A stretch of 28,058 bases of DNA, taken from the IMG/VR virus record IMGVR_UViG_3300015360_000159, positions 1 through 28,058 of that record, one strand, 5' to 3'. Under the pieces are notes generated by a model. That model was not told the DNA's origin. It made no database searches and was given only the letters and a program-made list of their open reading frames with translations. Each line of letters begins with the position of its first letter. The stretch's first letter is position 1. Below are positions 1 through 8,311 of the stretch, one piece after another. A program made the position numbers and the translations under genes. The stretch is from a virus. Its lineage: Duplodnaviria; Caudoviricetes.

Positions 1-722
1 CCCTTGAGTGCGTTTATTTCGGCCAATGTCAACGCGCGAGAGAATGCGCACACTGAATCCATTTTGCCGTCAAACCCCAACGCGCCGCTCGCGTCGTTCG
101 CGCCGACGATTAACGCACTGGTGGTGTTCAGAAGCGCCGCCGCGACGCTGGTACACGTGGTCGCGACGGCCACGCCGTTAAGATAGATTTGTATTCTCGC
201 TGCTGCTGCCAGCGAGCCATCGAAAACCCAGGCTATGTGGTTCCAGCCGGTCGACGTGCCGAATGCAGCCGTCGCGGTACCCAGGTTGTTAATCTCGGTT
301 TGGAAATTGTTGCTCGTGTCAAGCGCGATAAAGATGCGCCGCTGGCCCACCTCGTACTGGTGCCAAATAACGTCGGTGCCGCCGATGTTGGCGCGCTTGA
401 TCCAGGCTGCGATTGTAAAGCCCGCCGTGGCGCTTAGGTCCGTTGAGTCCGGGCAATTGAACAGGCGCGTGTTCTGGAAATCAAAGCACGGGTAACCGCC
501 GTCGTTCGCGACGAATTGCGGCTGCAGTCCAGCTTGCCCGGTAAGCGTGTCAGCGATCCCAAGCGGCGCCTGGTCTGCTACGGTGACAACATCGAGGCCC
601 GAAAGAGCCACGCTGCGCGTCGCATCCCAGAAGGCTACGCAATTCGGAATTTCCTTCTCTGGGAAAAAATCCAGGAACGCAACGTTCCCCATCCAGAACC
701 CCATCCCCAGATTTCGGCTCAC
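1..722 (-). CDS. LamG (concanavalin A-like lectin/glucanase fold) virion protein, 3' end truncated by the window edge
   Basis: Not in the ORF track. Translated by hand from GTG at 722, which overlaps the upstream TGA (GTGA): MSRNLGMGFW...VAFWDA...GFTIAAWIK...GWNHIAWVFDGS...IQIYLNGV...LIVGA...FDGKMDSVCAFSRALTLAEINALK. These are typical Laminin_G_3 motifs, and the frame is open to the edge. Confidence 0.85.
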   Translation of the reverse strand, partial: MSRNLGMGFWMGNVAFLDFFPEKEIPNCVAFWDATRSVALSGLDVVTVADQAPLGIADTLTGQAGLQPQFVANDGGYPCFDFQNTRLFNCPDSTDLSATAGFTIAAWIKRANIGGTDVIWHQYEVGQRRIFIALDTSNNFQTEINNLGTATAAFGTSTGWNHIAWVFDGSLAAAARIQIYLNGVAVATTCTSVAAALLNTTSALIVGANDASGALGFDGKMDSVCAFSRALTLAEINALK

Positions 723-1462
723 GGAACCGCCGTGGTTAGGGTCTCGATGTCGAGCCGATAGCTACGTGTGCTGCCGGAGGTGTTGGCAAGCGTGTAGCGG
801 CAGTTGTTGGTGCTTACCGCAGCGGTCAGCGTAAAGCCGGAGCCGTACTCCTCGCCCGTCTTCTCACCTTCAAGCACGGCAGTTCCTGACGGATTGGTCC
901 AGCGGCTCACGTGGGTCTTCAGATAAAGCACATCGCCCGCACCATTTCCGACCATGCCTTGAATCTGCAACCGCACCTGTTTGAGCGCAGTGATCGGCAC
1001 GTCGTAGTCAAAGCTTGTCGCGGTAGCGAGCGAGCCCGAGACGGTGGTGCCAGCGCCCTTGACCGCGTTGTTCAGCGCCTCGGTCCACCCCATTGTGGGA
1101 TGGCGCTCGGTGGACTCACCAGCTGCGAAGGGGACGAAGCCCTCGGAGTTGGGCACGCCGACTAGGCCGTAGGCGACCGTTGCGACGTTGTAGACGTCAC
1201 GGACGAGGCACTTGATGAGCAGACAACTGTAAGTCCCCGCGGTCATCGTAAACGTCGCGGTGGCGCCGCTAGGGCTGCCCGCTGGCGTGATGACGATTGA
1301 CGCGGGTGTGACCGTGCTCGCGTGCGTGCCGACGCAGGACCACTCAATCGACTGGACGCCAGAACTGTTGGCGAGCGCTAGCGTGACGGTTGCGCCGCCC
1401 GTCGTTTGGACGAGTCCTGTCGTGATTGCTGTGCCGTTGATCGTAAAGCTGGCGCTAGGCAT
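719..1462 (-). CDS. Putative tail fibre/accessory virion protein (Thr/Gly/Ser-rich, beta-rich, Ig-like N-terminus)
   Basis: 247 aa, composition typical of virion beta proteins, located after the baseplate genes and overlapping both neighbours. Confidence 0.6.
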   Translation of the reverse strand: MPSASFTINGTAITTGLVQTTGGATVTLALANSSGVQSIEWSCVGTHASTVTPASIVITPAGSPSGATATFTMTAGTYSCLLIKCLVRDVYNVATVAYGLVGVPNSEGFVPFAAGESTERHPTMGWTEALNNAVKGAGTTVSGSLATATSFDYDVPITALKQVRLQIQGMVGNGAGDVLYLKTHVSRWTNPSGTAVLEGEKTGEEYGSGFTLTAAVSTNNCRYTLANTSGSTRSYRLDIETLTTAVP

Positions 1463-2576
1463 TCTGTTCCTTAAATCCGAGGGATTGGGTCAAAAGCACG
1501 GTTCCTGTTGGCTCTGTCGCCGGCACAATCGAGGGGGTGGACTCTTTGAGAGATAGAATATGCAGGCTGATCAGGTTCGGGATCTTCGGCAAAGCTGTGG
1601 CTACGTTGGTTATGTCTGCCGCATCGTGAAAGACCGAACTGATCCGGTGTTGCGAGTAAGCGCGCCACAGGTCCGCGATGAGGAGCAGCGCTGACGCCGG
1701 GTCACTTGCTGCGCCAGAGATTGGGAGATTCGCCAAGTCCGAACACCTGGATGCGCCGGGTGCGTGGTAGCCCTGCGAGCCGACGTCGAGAGCGGATGCC
1801 TTGGCGTTGCGAAAGTGCCGCGTCATGTTGAGCAGCAGTTCGTTTGCCGCGGTCACGATACCGGCAGCGCTCAGCACTCCGGACGTCGGGATGATCGATG
1901 TGCTGACCACGTTGTCCGTGTCGTTTGCTGCATGCACGCCTGCCAGAATGCGGTGAGCGTTAAACTTGGCAATAAGATTGGTGATAATGGTCGACATAAC
2001 GCCGGCCGCGGTCGCCGAGTCTAGGTCTACGAGACTGGCGAGATCGGCTAGAACGTTTGTGTTCAGCGCCGCGTAGCGCGCCTTTGCTGTCCGCGAGTTG
2101 AACAGGGCTGGCGTGGTCTCGCCGTGCACGTCAGCAATGGTCTGGCGGATGTTATTTCCAAAGCACCATATCGTCAGGTCGCTAGTGTCCGGAGCCTTGC
2201 CGATTGGCAGCACCAGCCGATGACCCACGTTGATGTAAAGCGTTGTCGCCGCGCCCACCTCGGTCTCGCTCTGATAGCCGCTCGCCGAACCCTCGAAGCC
2301 GCCGCCGTAGCCCGTGGCGCCTTTGACATACTCCTGGACCGAGACGACATAGATGCCACCGCGGTCGACGGTGAAGGGAATGGCTGTACCGAGCCCCTCG
2401 TAAATCTGCACCCGTGATGACTGCGAATCCGCCAGCTTCTTGGCGAGCTCGCTCTTGTCTGGAGCCGCAGTAACCCAGACGCGCGCGTAGTTTGCGCCCG
2501 CGCCCGTGATGGTGACCGAAAGTTTAAACTCCCGATTTGGCACCGGGTATTGGGGCTGAATTACAAGAGCGGTCAA
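1455..2576 (-). CDS. Putative virion protein with an N-terminal beta domain and C-terminal His-containing helical repeats
   Basis: 373 aa, TTGA overlap with the upstream gene. Repeats: FNAHRILAGVHAAND, MTRHF and YSQHRISSVFHDAAD. Confidence 0.65.
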   Translation of the reverse strand: MTALVIQPQYPVPNREFKLSVTITGAGANYARVWVTAAPDKSELAKKLADSQSSRVQIYEGLGTAIPFTVDRGGIYVVSVQEYVKGATGYGGGFEGSASGYQSETEVGAATTLYINVGHRLVLPIGKAPDTSDLTIWCFGNNIRQTIADVHGETTPALFNSRTAKARYAALNTNVLADLASLVDLDSATAAGVMSTIITNLIAKFNAHRILAGVHAANDTDNVVSTSIIPTSGVLSAAGIVTAANELLLNMTRHFRNAKASALDVGSQGYHAPGASRCSDLANLPISGAASDPASALLLIADLWRAYSQHRISSVFHDAADITNVATALPKIPNLISLHILSLKESTPSIVPATEPTGTVLLTQSLGFKEQNA

Positions 2577-3322
2577 GGTCCGAGCCCATCGAAGTCGAGT
2601 TGTGAGATGTCGAGCAAGAAGCCGTCGCCGGTTACCCAGCTGGTTGTCACATGGTCGGGCAGGATCGAGTCGAGCAGCGGAATGAGTTTGCCGTCCATCA
2701 GCTCGATAAAATCGCCAAGCTCTGAATCAGCCGGCTTGGTTACTTGGATCGCAACGTGCGAGCGTTCGCTAGTCCAGGCGCCGCCTCCGAGGCTGTAGCT
2801 TCCGGGGCCTGGGTTAACGCCGGGCCAGAAGGTGTTGAGCGGCGGGTTTGCTAGGTCTGTCCCGCGGGAGAGCAGGATGGCCACGAACTTGGTTCCGAGC
2901 AGGGCTTTGACCGCGTCAAGAACCGCGATGTAGCTGTTGCCCTTTGCGATCTGAAAATTGGCTGAGCAGCTTAGGCGAATGTCGTCTTCGTTGTCCTCTG
3001 GGCGTGTCGAAACACCGAGCACATCGACCCAGTAGCCTAGCTTGTCCGAGGCCCTGGCTGGCGTCAGGTTGGCGCGGAACTTCTCAGGCACTCTCCAGCC
3101 GACGTGGGCGAAGAAACGCGCTAGCGCGAGGTTTTCGGCGTGCACGAGGGTGTTTCGCTCGCGTGTGTACGCCGAGCCGCGCATCGATTGAAACTCACGA
3201 TAGAGCGTTCCAGCGTATGGCTCATCGGCTTCGCCCGCACCGAGCTTGTTGAGCGAGCCGCCATAGTCCGCGATGTCAGCCTTCCGGCTCCATGCCGGCT
3301 TGCCCGTTGGAGTGGTCACCAT
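2573..3322 (-). CDS. Baseplate wedge protein, Mu gp48/P2 gpI-like
   Basis: Motifs 'LTPARASDKLGYWVDVLGV...DIRL' and 'ILPDHVTTSWV' resemble gp48/DUF2313-type proteins. Start re-set to ATG 3322 (or GTG 3319), because the 3538 start in the track overlaps the upstream gene. Confidence 0.6.
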   Translation of the reverse strand: MVTTPTGKPAWSRKADIADYGGSLNKLGAGEADEPYAGTLYREFQSMRGSAYTRERNTLVHAENLALARFFAHVGWRVPEKFRANLTPARASDKLGYWVDVLGVSTRPEDNEDDIRLSCSANFQIAKGNSYIAVLDAVKALLGTKFVAILLSRGTDLANPPLNTFWPGVNPGPGSYSLGGGAWTSERSHVAIQVTKPADSELGDFIELMDGKLIPLLDSILPDHVTTSWVTGDGFLLDISQLDFDGLGP

Positions 3323-3759
3323 GCGAGAATGCAAACCGTTCCGTTGGCGTTCGCGCCAGTGCTGCCGTCGTAGAGCCGCACGGACAGTTTGGTTGAGGCG
3401 TCGACCGTGAAACGCGCAAGCAGCGCAGTAGTAGCTGTCCCAACCGCGTAGCGCACGCTGATTGGCTCGGACACATCGAAGGCATCCGTAAAAACCTTGT
3501 TGGCGAAATCTAGCGTGAAGTTGCCGATGCCTATCCACGTCGCGGTGGGAGCGAACGCTAAACCGTCGCCGTTCTGGCCGCGGTAGCTGTCCACTGTTGC
3601 GACGCTGACGCCGACCGTCGCGATAGCCCAGAACAGCGGAGCCATTCGCTTGGTCGCCACCAGGTCAGCGCAAAAGCGCGCGTGCTGCTCCGGAGTCCAT
3701 CCGTCCTGAATCGAGCCGCCTAGGCGCAGCGGGAGCGGAGAAAATGCGCCTAACGCCAT
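3316..3759 (-). CDS. Hypothetical virion/baseplate-associated protein (paralog of 3759..4292)
   Basis: 147 aa, ATG coupled to the upstream TAA (TAATG). Aligns by eye with the upstream ORF. Confidence 0.7.
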   Translation of the reverse strand: MALGAFSPLPLRLGGSIQDGWTPEQHARFCADLVATKRMAPLFWAIATVGVSVATVDSYRGQNGDGLAFAPTATWIGIGNFTLDFANKVFTDAFDVSEPISVRYAVGTATTALLARFTVDASTKLSVRLYDGSTGANANGTVCILAW

Positions 3760-4292
3760 TAGGTAACCATCAGACTTAGACGAGCGTTGACGATATCGAC
3801 GCCTGCCGTGGTGCGCGCTCTAACTGTGACCGTTTGGCCGGAGATCGACCACTCAACCGTGCCCGTGCTGCCGGAGAGATTCGCCAAAACGAAGCGCGGG
3901 GTGAATGCGCCGACCACGCCATACGCATCCGCGTAAGTCGAGGCGAACACAAAGGAGCATTGCCCGTCGCCGACTCGTGACGCACTGGGGAATCCCGAAG
4001 GCGGCGAGCTGCCCAGGTAGCTAACGGTTTGGATCCCCGTCATCAGGTACGCTGCGCTGATCGTAGGCGCAGCCGGCACGGTATCGCTGCCTGTGTACGA
4101 GAGCACGCAAAAGGGCGCAGTCCGCGCAATCGCTGCCAAGTCTTCTGCGGCTCGACAGAGAGCCTCAGCCGAGACATCGGTGAGCGGATCGATGACGCCC
4201 TGGTTGAGGTAGTTGGCCTTCTGCAAGTGCCCACCGTAGTAGGTGTGATCTGCGGAGCGGGCCCACGCAGGAAGGCCGAGAGGTGTCGTCAT
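3759..4292 (-). CDS. Hypothetical virion/baseplate-associated protein
   Basis: 177 aa, ATGA overlap with the upstream gene, beta-rich C-terminal half. Confidence 0.7.
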   Translation of the reverse strand: MTTPLGLPAWARSADHTYYGGHLQKANYLNQGVIDPLTDVSAEALCRAAEDLAAIARTAPFCVLSYTGSDTVPAAPTISAAYLMTGIQTVSYLGSSPPSGFPSASRVGDGQCSFVFASTYADAYGVVGAFTPRFVLANLSGSTGTVEWSISGQTVTVRARTTAGVDIVNARLSLMVT

Positions 4293-5443
4293 GTGCCGAT
4301 GGTTCCGTTCGCCACGGTCATCGGGTTACCGATGGCTCTGGTCCGATAGTTTGTCGTGCCGCGGCGCAGCCATAGCGCCTGATTATCAAAGCCGAGAAAC
4401 CAAAGGCCTGCATTCTCGGCTTCATCGATGGCGACGGCTTTCCAGGTTGCCCCGAGATCAATGCTGTAGAGCAAGAGGCAGCCGGGCCGGTTGGCGCCGC
4501 CGTCTAGATTGTCATAAACGGCAGCGATAACGCCATCCGCGACGACGACAGTCGTTATTCTGTTGGCGGGAGCAACAGTGCTGAATGCCGTGTTTTGCAA
4601 AGTGAACGCGCCGCCTGGAGTGGCGCTCGTCCAAACCCTCCCGAACTTGCCAACCACGACCCATAGCCCGCGCGTAGGACTCCAATTCATTCCGACAATC
4701 GGCTCCGAGCTGGCAATCGTGGTAGTGGTCCATGTCGCCCCGTAGTCGCTCGAATAACTGAACTGGCCGATGGCTGCGCCGTTGTCGCCGAACGTGATTA
4801 GGTGGCCGTTGTTGGCCACAACCGGGCGACCGGTGCCGCCGCCTGCGGAACTGAGCGTGTTGACGCCCGTGGCCGCGGCGCGAGCGGTCCATGTCGCTGC
4901 GGTCGGAGAACTCCAAACCTTGCGAGCGGCTACGCCGGAGAAGATGTAAAAATAGCCGTCGGTCGGGTCGACAACGCAATAGCACCCAGCTCCCGCGAAG
5001 TCGCCGACAACTGCCCCTGTGATGGTTCTCTCGGTCATGTTGAGCATGTTGGCTTTGTCGACGGACCAAACGGCTTTTGTGTAGTCCGTGGTGTTCGACC
5101 CCGCGAACATCGCATTTGTGCCGTACCCGCAACAGTCCTGATATTGCCAGTTGCCGGACGCTGGCGCCACGACCCTGTTCGTGGAGACCCGTTGCACGTC
5201 TGCCATGAAGATGACGGTATTTGATGCAGCGTTAACTCCAGCAATTGTGAGACCAGACGCCAGCCGCGTGGGATGATGGACATCGTGCGCTAGCGCCACC
5301 GTCGTCCAGTTCTGCAACCAGTCATCGACTTGATCTGACATCAGCTTTTGCTGACGACTATCGATGGCGCTCTGCTGCGTAGACGTTAGCTTTTCGCCGT
5401 ATGCCCAACCGATGGCCTTGAGTCGTTCGAAGAATGCAATCAT
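4289..5443 (-). CDS. Asp-box/BNR-repeat beta-propeller protein, putative receptor-binding or tail accessory protein
   Basis: 384 aa with Asp-boxes YSSDYGATW and YSIDLGATW, plus degenerate WSSPTAATW and WTSATPGGAF. Directly follows baseplate J. Confidence 0.75.
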   Translation of the reverse strand: MIAFFERLKAIGWAYGEKLTSTQQSAIDSRQQKLMSDQVDDWLQNWTTVALAHDVHHPTRLASGLTIAGVNAASNTVIFMADVQRVSTNRVVAPASGNWQYQDCCGYGTNAMFAGSNTTDYTKAVWSVDKANMLNMTERTITGAVVGDFAGAGCYCVVDPTDGYFYIFSGVAARKVWSSPTAATWTARAAATGVNTLSSAGGGTGRPVVANNGHLITFGDNGAAIGQFSYSSDYGATWTTTTIASSEPIVGMNWSPTRGLWVVVGKFGRVWTSATPGGAFTLQNTAFSTVAPANRITTVVVADGVIAAVYDNLDGGANRPGCLLLYSIDLGATWKAVAIDEAENAGLWFLGFDNQALWLRRGTTNYRTRAIGNPMTVANGTIGT

Positions 5444-5446
5444 GGG

Positions 5447-6946
5447 TTATGCCGGGTAAACTGCGAACTTGCGCGGGCTTAAAACGTTGGGACTAGCTGA
5501 GACGATGACGGGGGTTGTCGGCACGGTCTGGCTTGAGTAGCTAACCGCGGTCGAATTGATCTCGCTGAACTTGTCCGTGAAGCGCGAGAGCGCCGCTGCG
5601 TTGACGGAGCTTGGTGCAGCGTCGGTGACAAGTGGCTTACGGAGCGAGCGCGGAAGACGATTGGGGTCCGCCGTGTTCTCGCCTGGGCCTAGATTCTCAA
5701 GCAGGTCAAGCCACGCATCGCCGTAGAGTGAGAGCGACTTGGCCGCTGGGCAGATGTAATCCCCGACCGCCGGAGCAGCTCCCGTAGAGTCCGCGAGAGG
5801 CTTGTCGAGAATCAGCTCCCATGCGCCGGTGCCGCCCGTGTAGGAGATGACGAGGCCTTGGTAAAAGCGCATGTCATTCGGCGACCACCAGGCAATTTTG
5901 GTTTGCAGCGCCGCCGGAGTCGTCGTGGTCGCTGCGCTCGTGGTGAGCGTCACGCCCGTGTAGACCGACACCTGGCAGCGCCCGAGGTCTGCGCCCGTAG
6001 GCGTGGGCCAAGGCGTCGGGTCAAGCCAGCCTAGGCCGGTGCCGCCCGCCAGCGCGGAGGCCGGGAGAGACATCGAGAGCGCTACGTCAACGCGCTCGTC
6101 TGCGGCTGCCCGAATCACGTGCTCGGTGTCGAGCCCAAACTGTGACTGGATGGCGCCGCGGACCGTGTTTAGTTGCGCGGCATTCATAGCGCGCGAGAAG
6201 TTTAGATTTGGCCTGTCATACATCTTGACCGGCACGGCCTGCGATGAGCCCGGGCCGCCGAGTCCCGGATAGATGAAACAATCCTGCACAGCCCCGCTTG
6301 AGTTAAGCGCGACCTCGCGAACGTGTGCCCAATTGCCGCCGGCTGGGCGGTTCTGTGTCACGTTGAGGATGCGCTTGCGAAGCCTGTCCTCGGTCTCGGT
6401 GTCGATGCCGCCAGTCAGTGGGGCGCCGATTGAGACCGTAGCGACCTCGAGAATATTGAACGGCGCGCCGATGAACCGAACAGGCGTGCCCGCGACCGTG
6501 TTGGATGCGCTGCCGAGGTCCACCGCGGTCACGTCAATTTCTTGTCCGTCGGTCGGGCTGACGTAGGTGCCGACAACCTGAATTCGGAAACCGTTGGGCA
6601 GAAGCAACTGAGTGCCTGAGGGTATCGTTGCAACGCCCGAAACGCTGATGGTCACGCGCCCTGAAGCGCCAGACTTCTGCACCTCGGGCAAACCGTATTC
6701 GCTACGGAGCTGTGCTAGGCGCTCGGTTGAGGCAGTGAAGATTGAGATCTCAGAGTCAGAGATGGCGATGTTCGCCTGAGCGATTAGGCCCACGTTCGCC
6801 ACAGCGGTTGCGAGCATGAACCAGTCCGTGCCGGGTGTGACAGGAGGAGCCGCTACGCCCGCATCGATTGCCGCTAGGCGGATGTCGCGCAGGAACTGAT
6901 CACGCAGCTCGGCAGCGTTTTTGACAACGGTCAGCTTGGAGCTCAC
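5447..6946 (-). CDS. Baseplate J-like wedge protein (Mu gp47/P2 gpJ family)
   Basis: 499 aa with 'ASGRVTISVSGVATIPSGT', 'LTGGIDTETEDRLRKRIL...PAGGNWAHVREVA' and 'FIYPGLGGPGS', typical of Baseplate_J. Confidence 0.9.
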   Translation of the reverse strand: MSSKLTVVKNAAELRDQFLRDIRLAAIDAGVAAPPVTPGTDWFMLATAVANVGLIAQANIAISDSEISIFTASTERLAQLRSEYGLPEVQKSGASGRVTISVSGVATIPSGTQLLLPNGFRIQVVGTYVSPTDGQEIDVTAVDLGSASNTVAGTPVRFIGAPFNILEVATVSIGAPLTGGIDTETEDRLRKRILNVTQNRPAGGNWAHVREVALNSSGAVQDCFIYPGLGGPGSSQAVPVKMYDRPNLNFSRAMNAAQLNTVRGAIQSQFGLDTEHVIRAAADERVDVALSMSLPASALAGGTGLGWLDPTPWPTPTGADLGRCQVSVYTGVTLTTSAATTTTPAALQTKIAWWSPNDMRFYQGLVISYTGGTGAWELILDKPLADSTGAAPAVGDYICPAAKSLSLYGDAWLDLLENLGPGENTADPNRLPRSLRKPLVTDAAPSSVNAAALSRFTDKFSEINSTAVSYSSQTVPTTPVIVSASPNVLSPRKFAVYPA

Positions 6947-7380
6947 GCGATCACCCGGTCCACGTTCCCGCTCTTTAGGTCGGTGAATATCAAGGTGATC
7001 TGAGCACGCCCGCTGCTGAGCTTCACGGTCGAGATTTGGTCAATACGCATGATTTTCTCAATCGTGGTTTCCTGGCGGAAGGCCGAGCGCACTGCGGTGT
7101 TAACAATTCGCTCGAAGCCGTCGCCCATTCGGTCAGGAAGGCTGATGCCGAAGGTCGGCTGCACGGTGCTTGAACCCACCAAGGTCATCAGGCGAATCAG
7201 CACGCGCTGTCGTAGGCTCGGCATCTGCTTGAGCTGTCGCGTGGTTGCGTCGACTTCGTAGTCTCGCGTCTGAAAGTTTAGGTAACGCACGCCCGAAGGG
7301 CCATCGGCTGGAGCCGCGCCTGTGACCGGGGTGCCGTAGCCAAACGGGAACAGGCCTACTGATTTGACGCCGAGTCCCAT
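6943..7380 (-). CDS. Baseplate wedge/sheath initiator protein (gp25/Mu gp46-like)
   Basis: 'LRQRVLIRLMTLVGSSTVQPTFGI' matches the gp25/GPW pattern. Start re-set to ATG at 7380, just after the upstream stop at 7382. Confidence 0.75.
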   Translation of the reverse strand: MGLGVKSVGLFPFGYGTPVTGAAPADGPSGVRYLNFQTRDYEVDATTRQLKQMPSLRQRVLIRLMTLVGSSTVQPTFGISLPDRMGDGFERIVNTAVRSAFRQETTIEKIMRIDQISTVKLSSGRAQITLIFTDLKSGNVDRVIA

Positions 7381-7381
7381 A

Positions 7382-7684
7382 TCAATCCAGGGGGCAAGCG
7401 ATGCCAAAGTTCGGGAAGTTGGGCAGCTGCGGCAATGCCGGGATGGGGAGCTGAAACGAGGGAAGCATGGCGGCGAAATTGAGCTGAATCCCTGGTATGC
7501 CGATGGCAAAGCTCGGCAGTGTCGGGAGTGAGGGAAGCGCTGGTATCGGGAGCTGAAAGCTCGGCAGCGAGAGATTCAGTTTCAGCCCCGGAATGCTAAT
7601 GCTGAAGCTGGGAAACGTCGGTAGCGAAGGCAGTGCTGGTATCGGGAGCTGAAAGCTCGGCAGATCGAACGCGCAGCGGCTCAA
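7382..7684 (-). CDS. Small Pro/Leu/Phe-rich triple-repeat protein with terminal cysteines
   Basis: 100 aa, three copies of LPSFQLPIPALP(S/Q)LP. TTGA overlap with the spike gene, and it fills the gap before the gp46-like gene exactly. Confidence 0.75.
   Translation of the reverse strand: MSRCAFDLPSFQLPIPALPSLPTFPSFSISIPGLKLNLSLPSFQLPIPALPSLPTLPSFAIGIPGIQLNFAAMLPSFQLPIPALPQLPNFPNFGIACPLD
7446..7663. repeat. Intragenic tandem repeat (about 96-102 bp period)
   Basis: gctggtatcgggagctgaaagctcggcag is identical at 7539-7567 and 7635-7663. A third, diverged copy has gggagctgaaa at 7446-7456. Confidence 0.9.
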
Positions 7685-8304
7685 CCGACACCGATAAATA
7701 CGTTCGGAGCAGGGACGCCGGTGATGCCCGTGACGCCCATGATAACCGCGGTCGCCGGCGTGCCAACCATGCCGCCCACTACCACCGAGCCGCCGTAAAT
7801 GTTTATGCTTGAGTCGCTGATGATGAGTCCGGCGCCACCGGACGAGATGTTGATTCCGCCCGACTCGCTGATCTCAAAGATGCAGCCGAACGCGGCAAGC
7901 GAGATCTTCTTTTCCTTGCGGTCCATGCTAAAAACCATGTCGTCGCCGACCACAATTGCGACCTGCTGGTCCTTGCAGAGCACTCGAGCGTCGAAGTCTT
8001 CGCCGGTCGCAAACAGAGCGGTTTCGCCGTCCTTCAGCTCGCCCGCTACCTTGCTAGTGCGGTTGTCGCGAGCCCCAATGATGACGCCATTGGAGTTGCC
8101 TACGCCTCGCGCCACTACCGCCTCAACATGCCCGTTGTCATTCTTGGGCGCCGGCTTTGCCAACACGCCAAGGCAGGCCATTACGTCAAGCTCACCGAAC
8201 GCCTCGTGCTCGTCGGGCCCGGTCGGAATACCCGCCTGAGCCACAACGGCGTTTGTTTTGGGGTTGAGCTTGGAGGCTCCGAGCTGTGCGACGTCGATCA
8301 GCAT
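7681..8304 (-). CDS. Baseplate central spike (Mu gp45/gpV-like)
   Basis: 207 aa. OB-fold-like N-terminus 'VEAVVARGVGNSNGVIIGARDNR...LKDGETALF', followed by a beta-repeat C-terminus. Located after the hub gene. Confidence 0.75.
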   Translation of the reverse strand: MLIDVAQLGASKLNPKTNAVVAQAGIPTGPDEHEAFGELDVMACLGVLAKPAPKNDNGHVEAVVARGVGNSNGVIIGARDNRTSKVAGELKDGETALFATGEDFDARVLCKDQQVAIVVGDDMVFSMDRKEKKISLAAFGCIFEISESGGINISSGGAGLIISDSSINIYGGSVVVGGMVGTPATAVIMGVTGITGVPAPNVFIGVG

Positions 8305-8311
8305 AGGGGGT

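Noticed and set aside
1-5443. Diversity-generating retroelement or invertible tail fibre cassette
   Set aside because: No reverse transcriptase, invertase, template/variable repeat pair or flanking inverted repeats were seen in the window.
7446-7663. 29-bp direct repeats as a possible CRISPR array
   Set aside because: Only two exact copies, the intervening sequences are themselves similar, the period is a multiple of three inside a coding repeat, and there are no cas genes.
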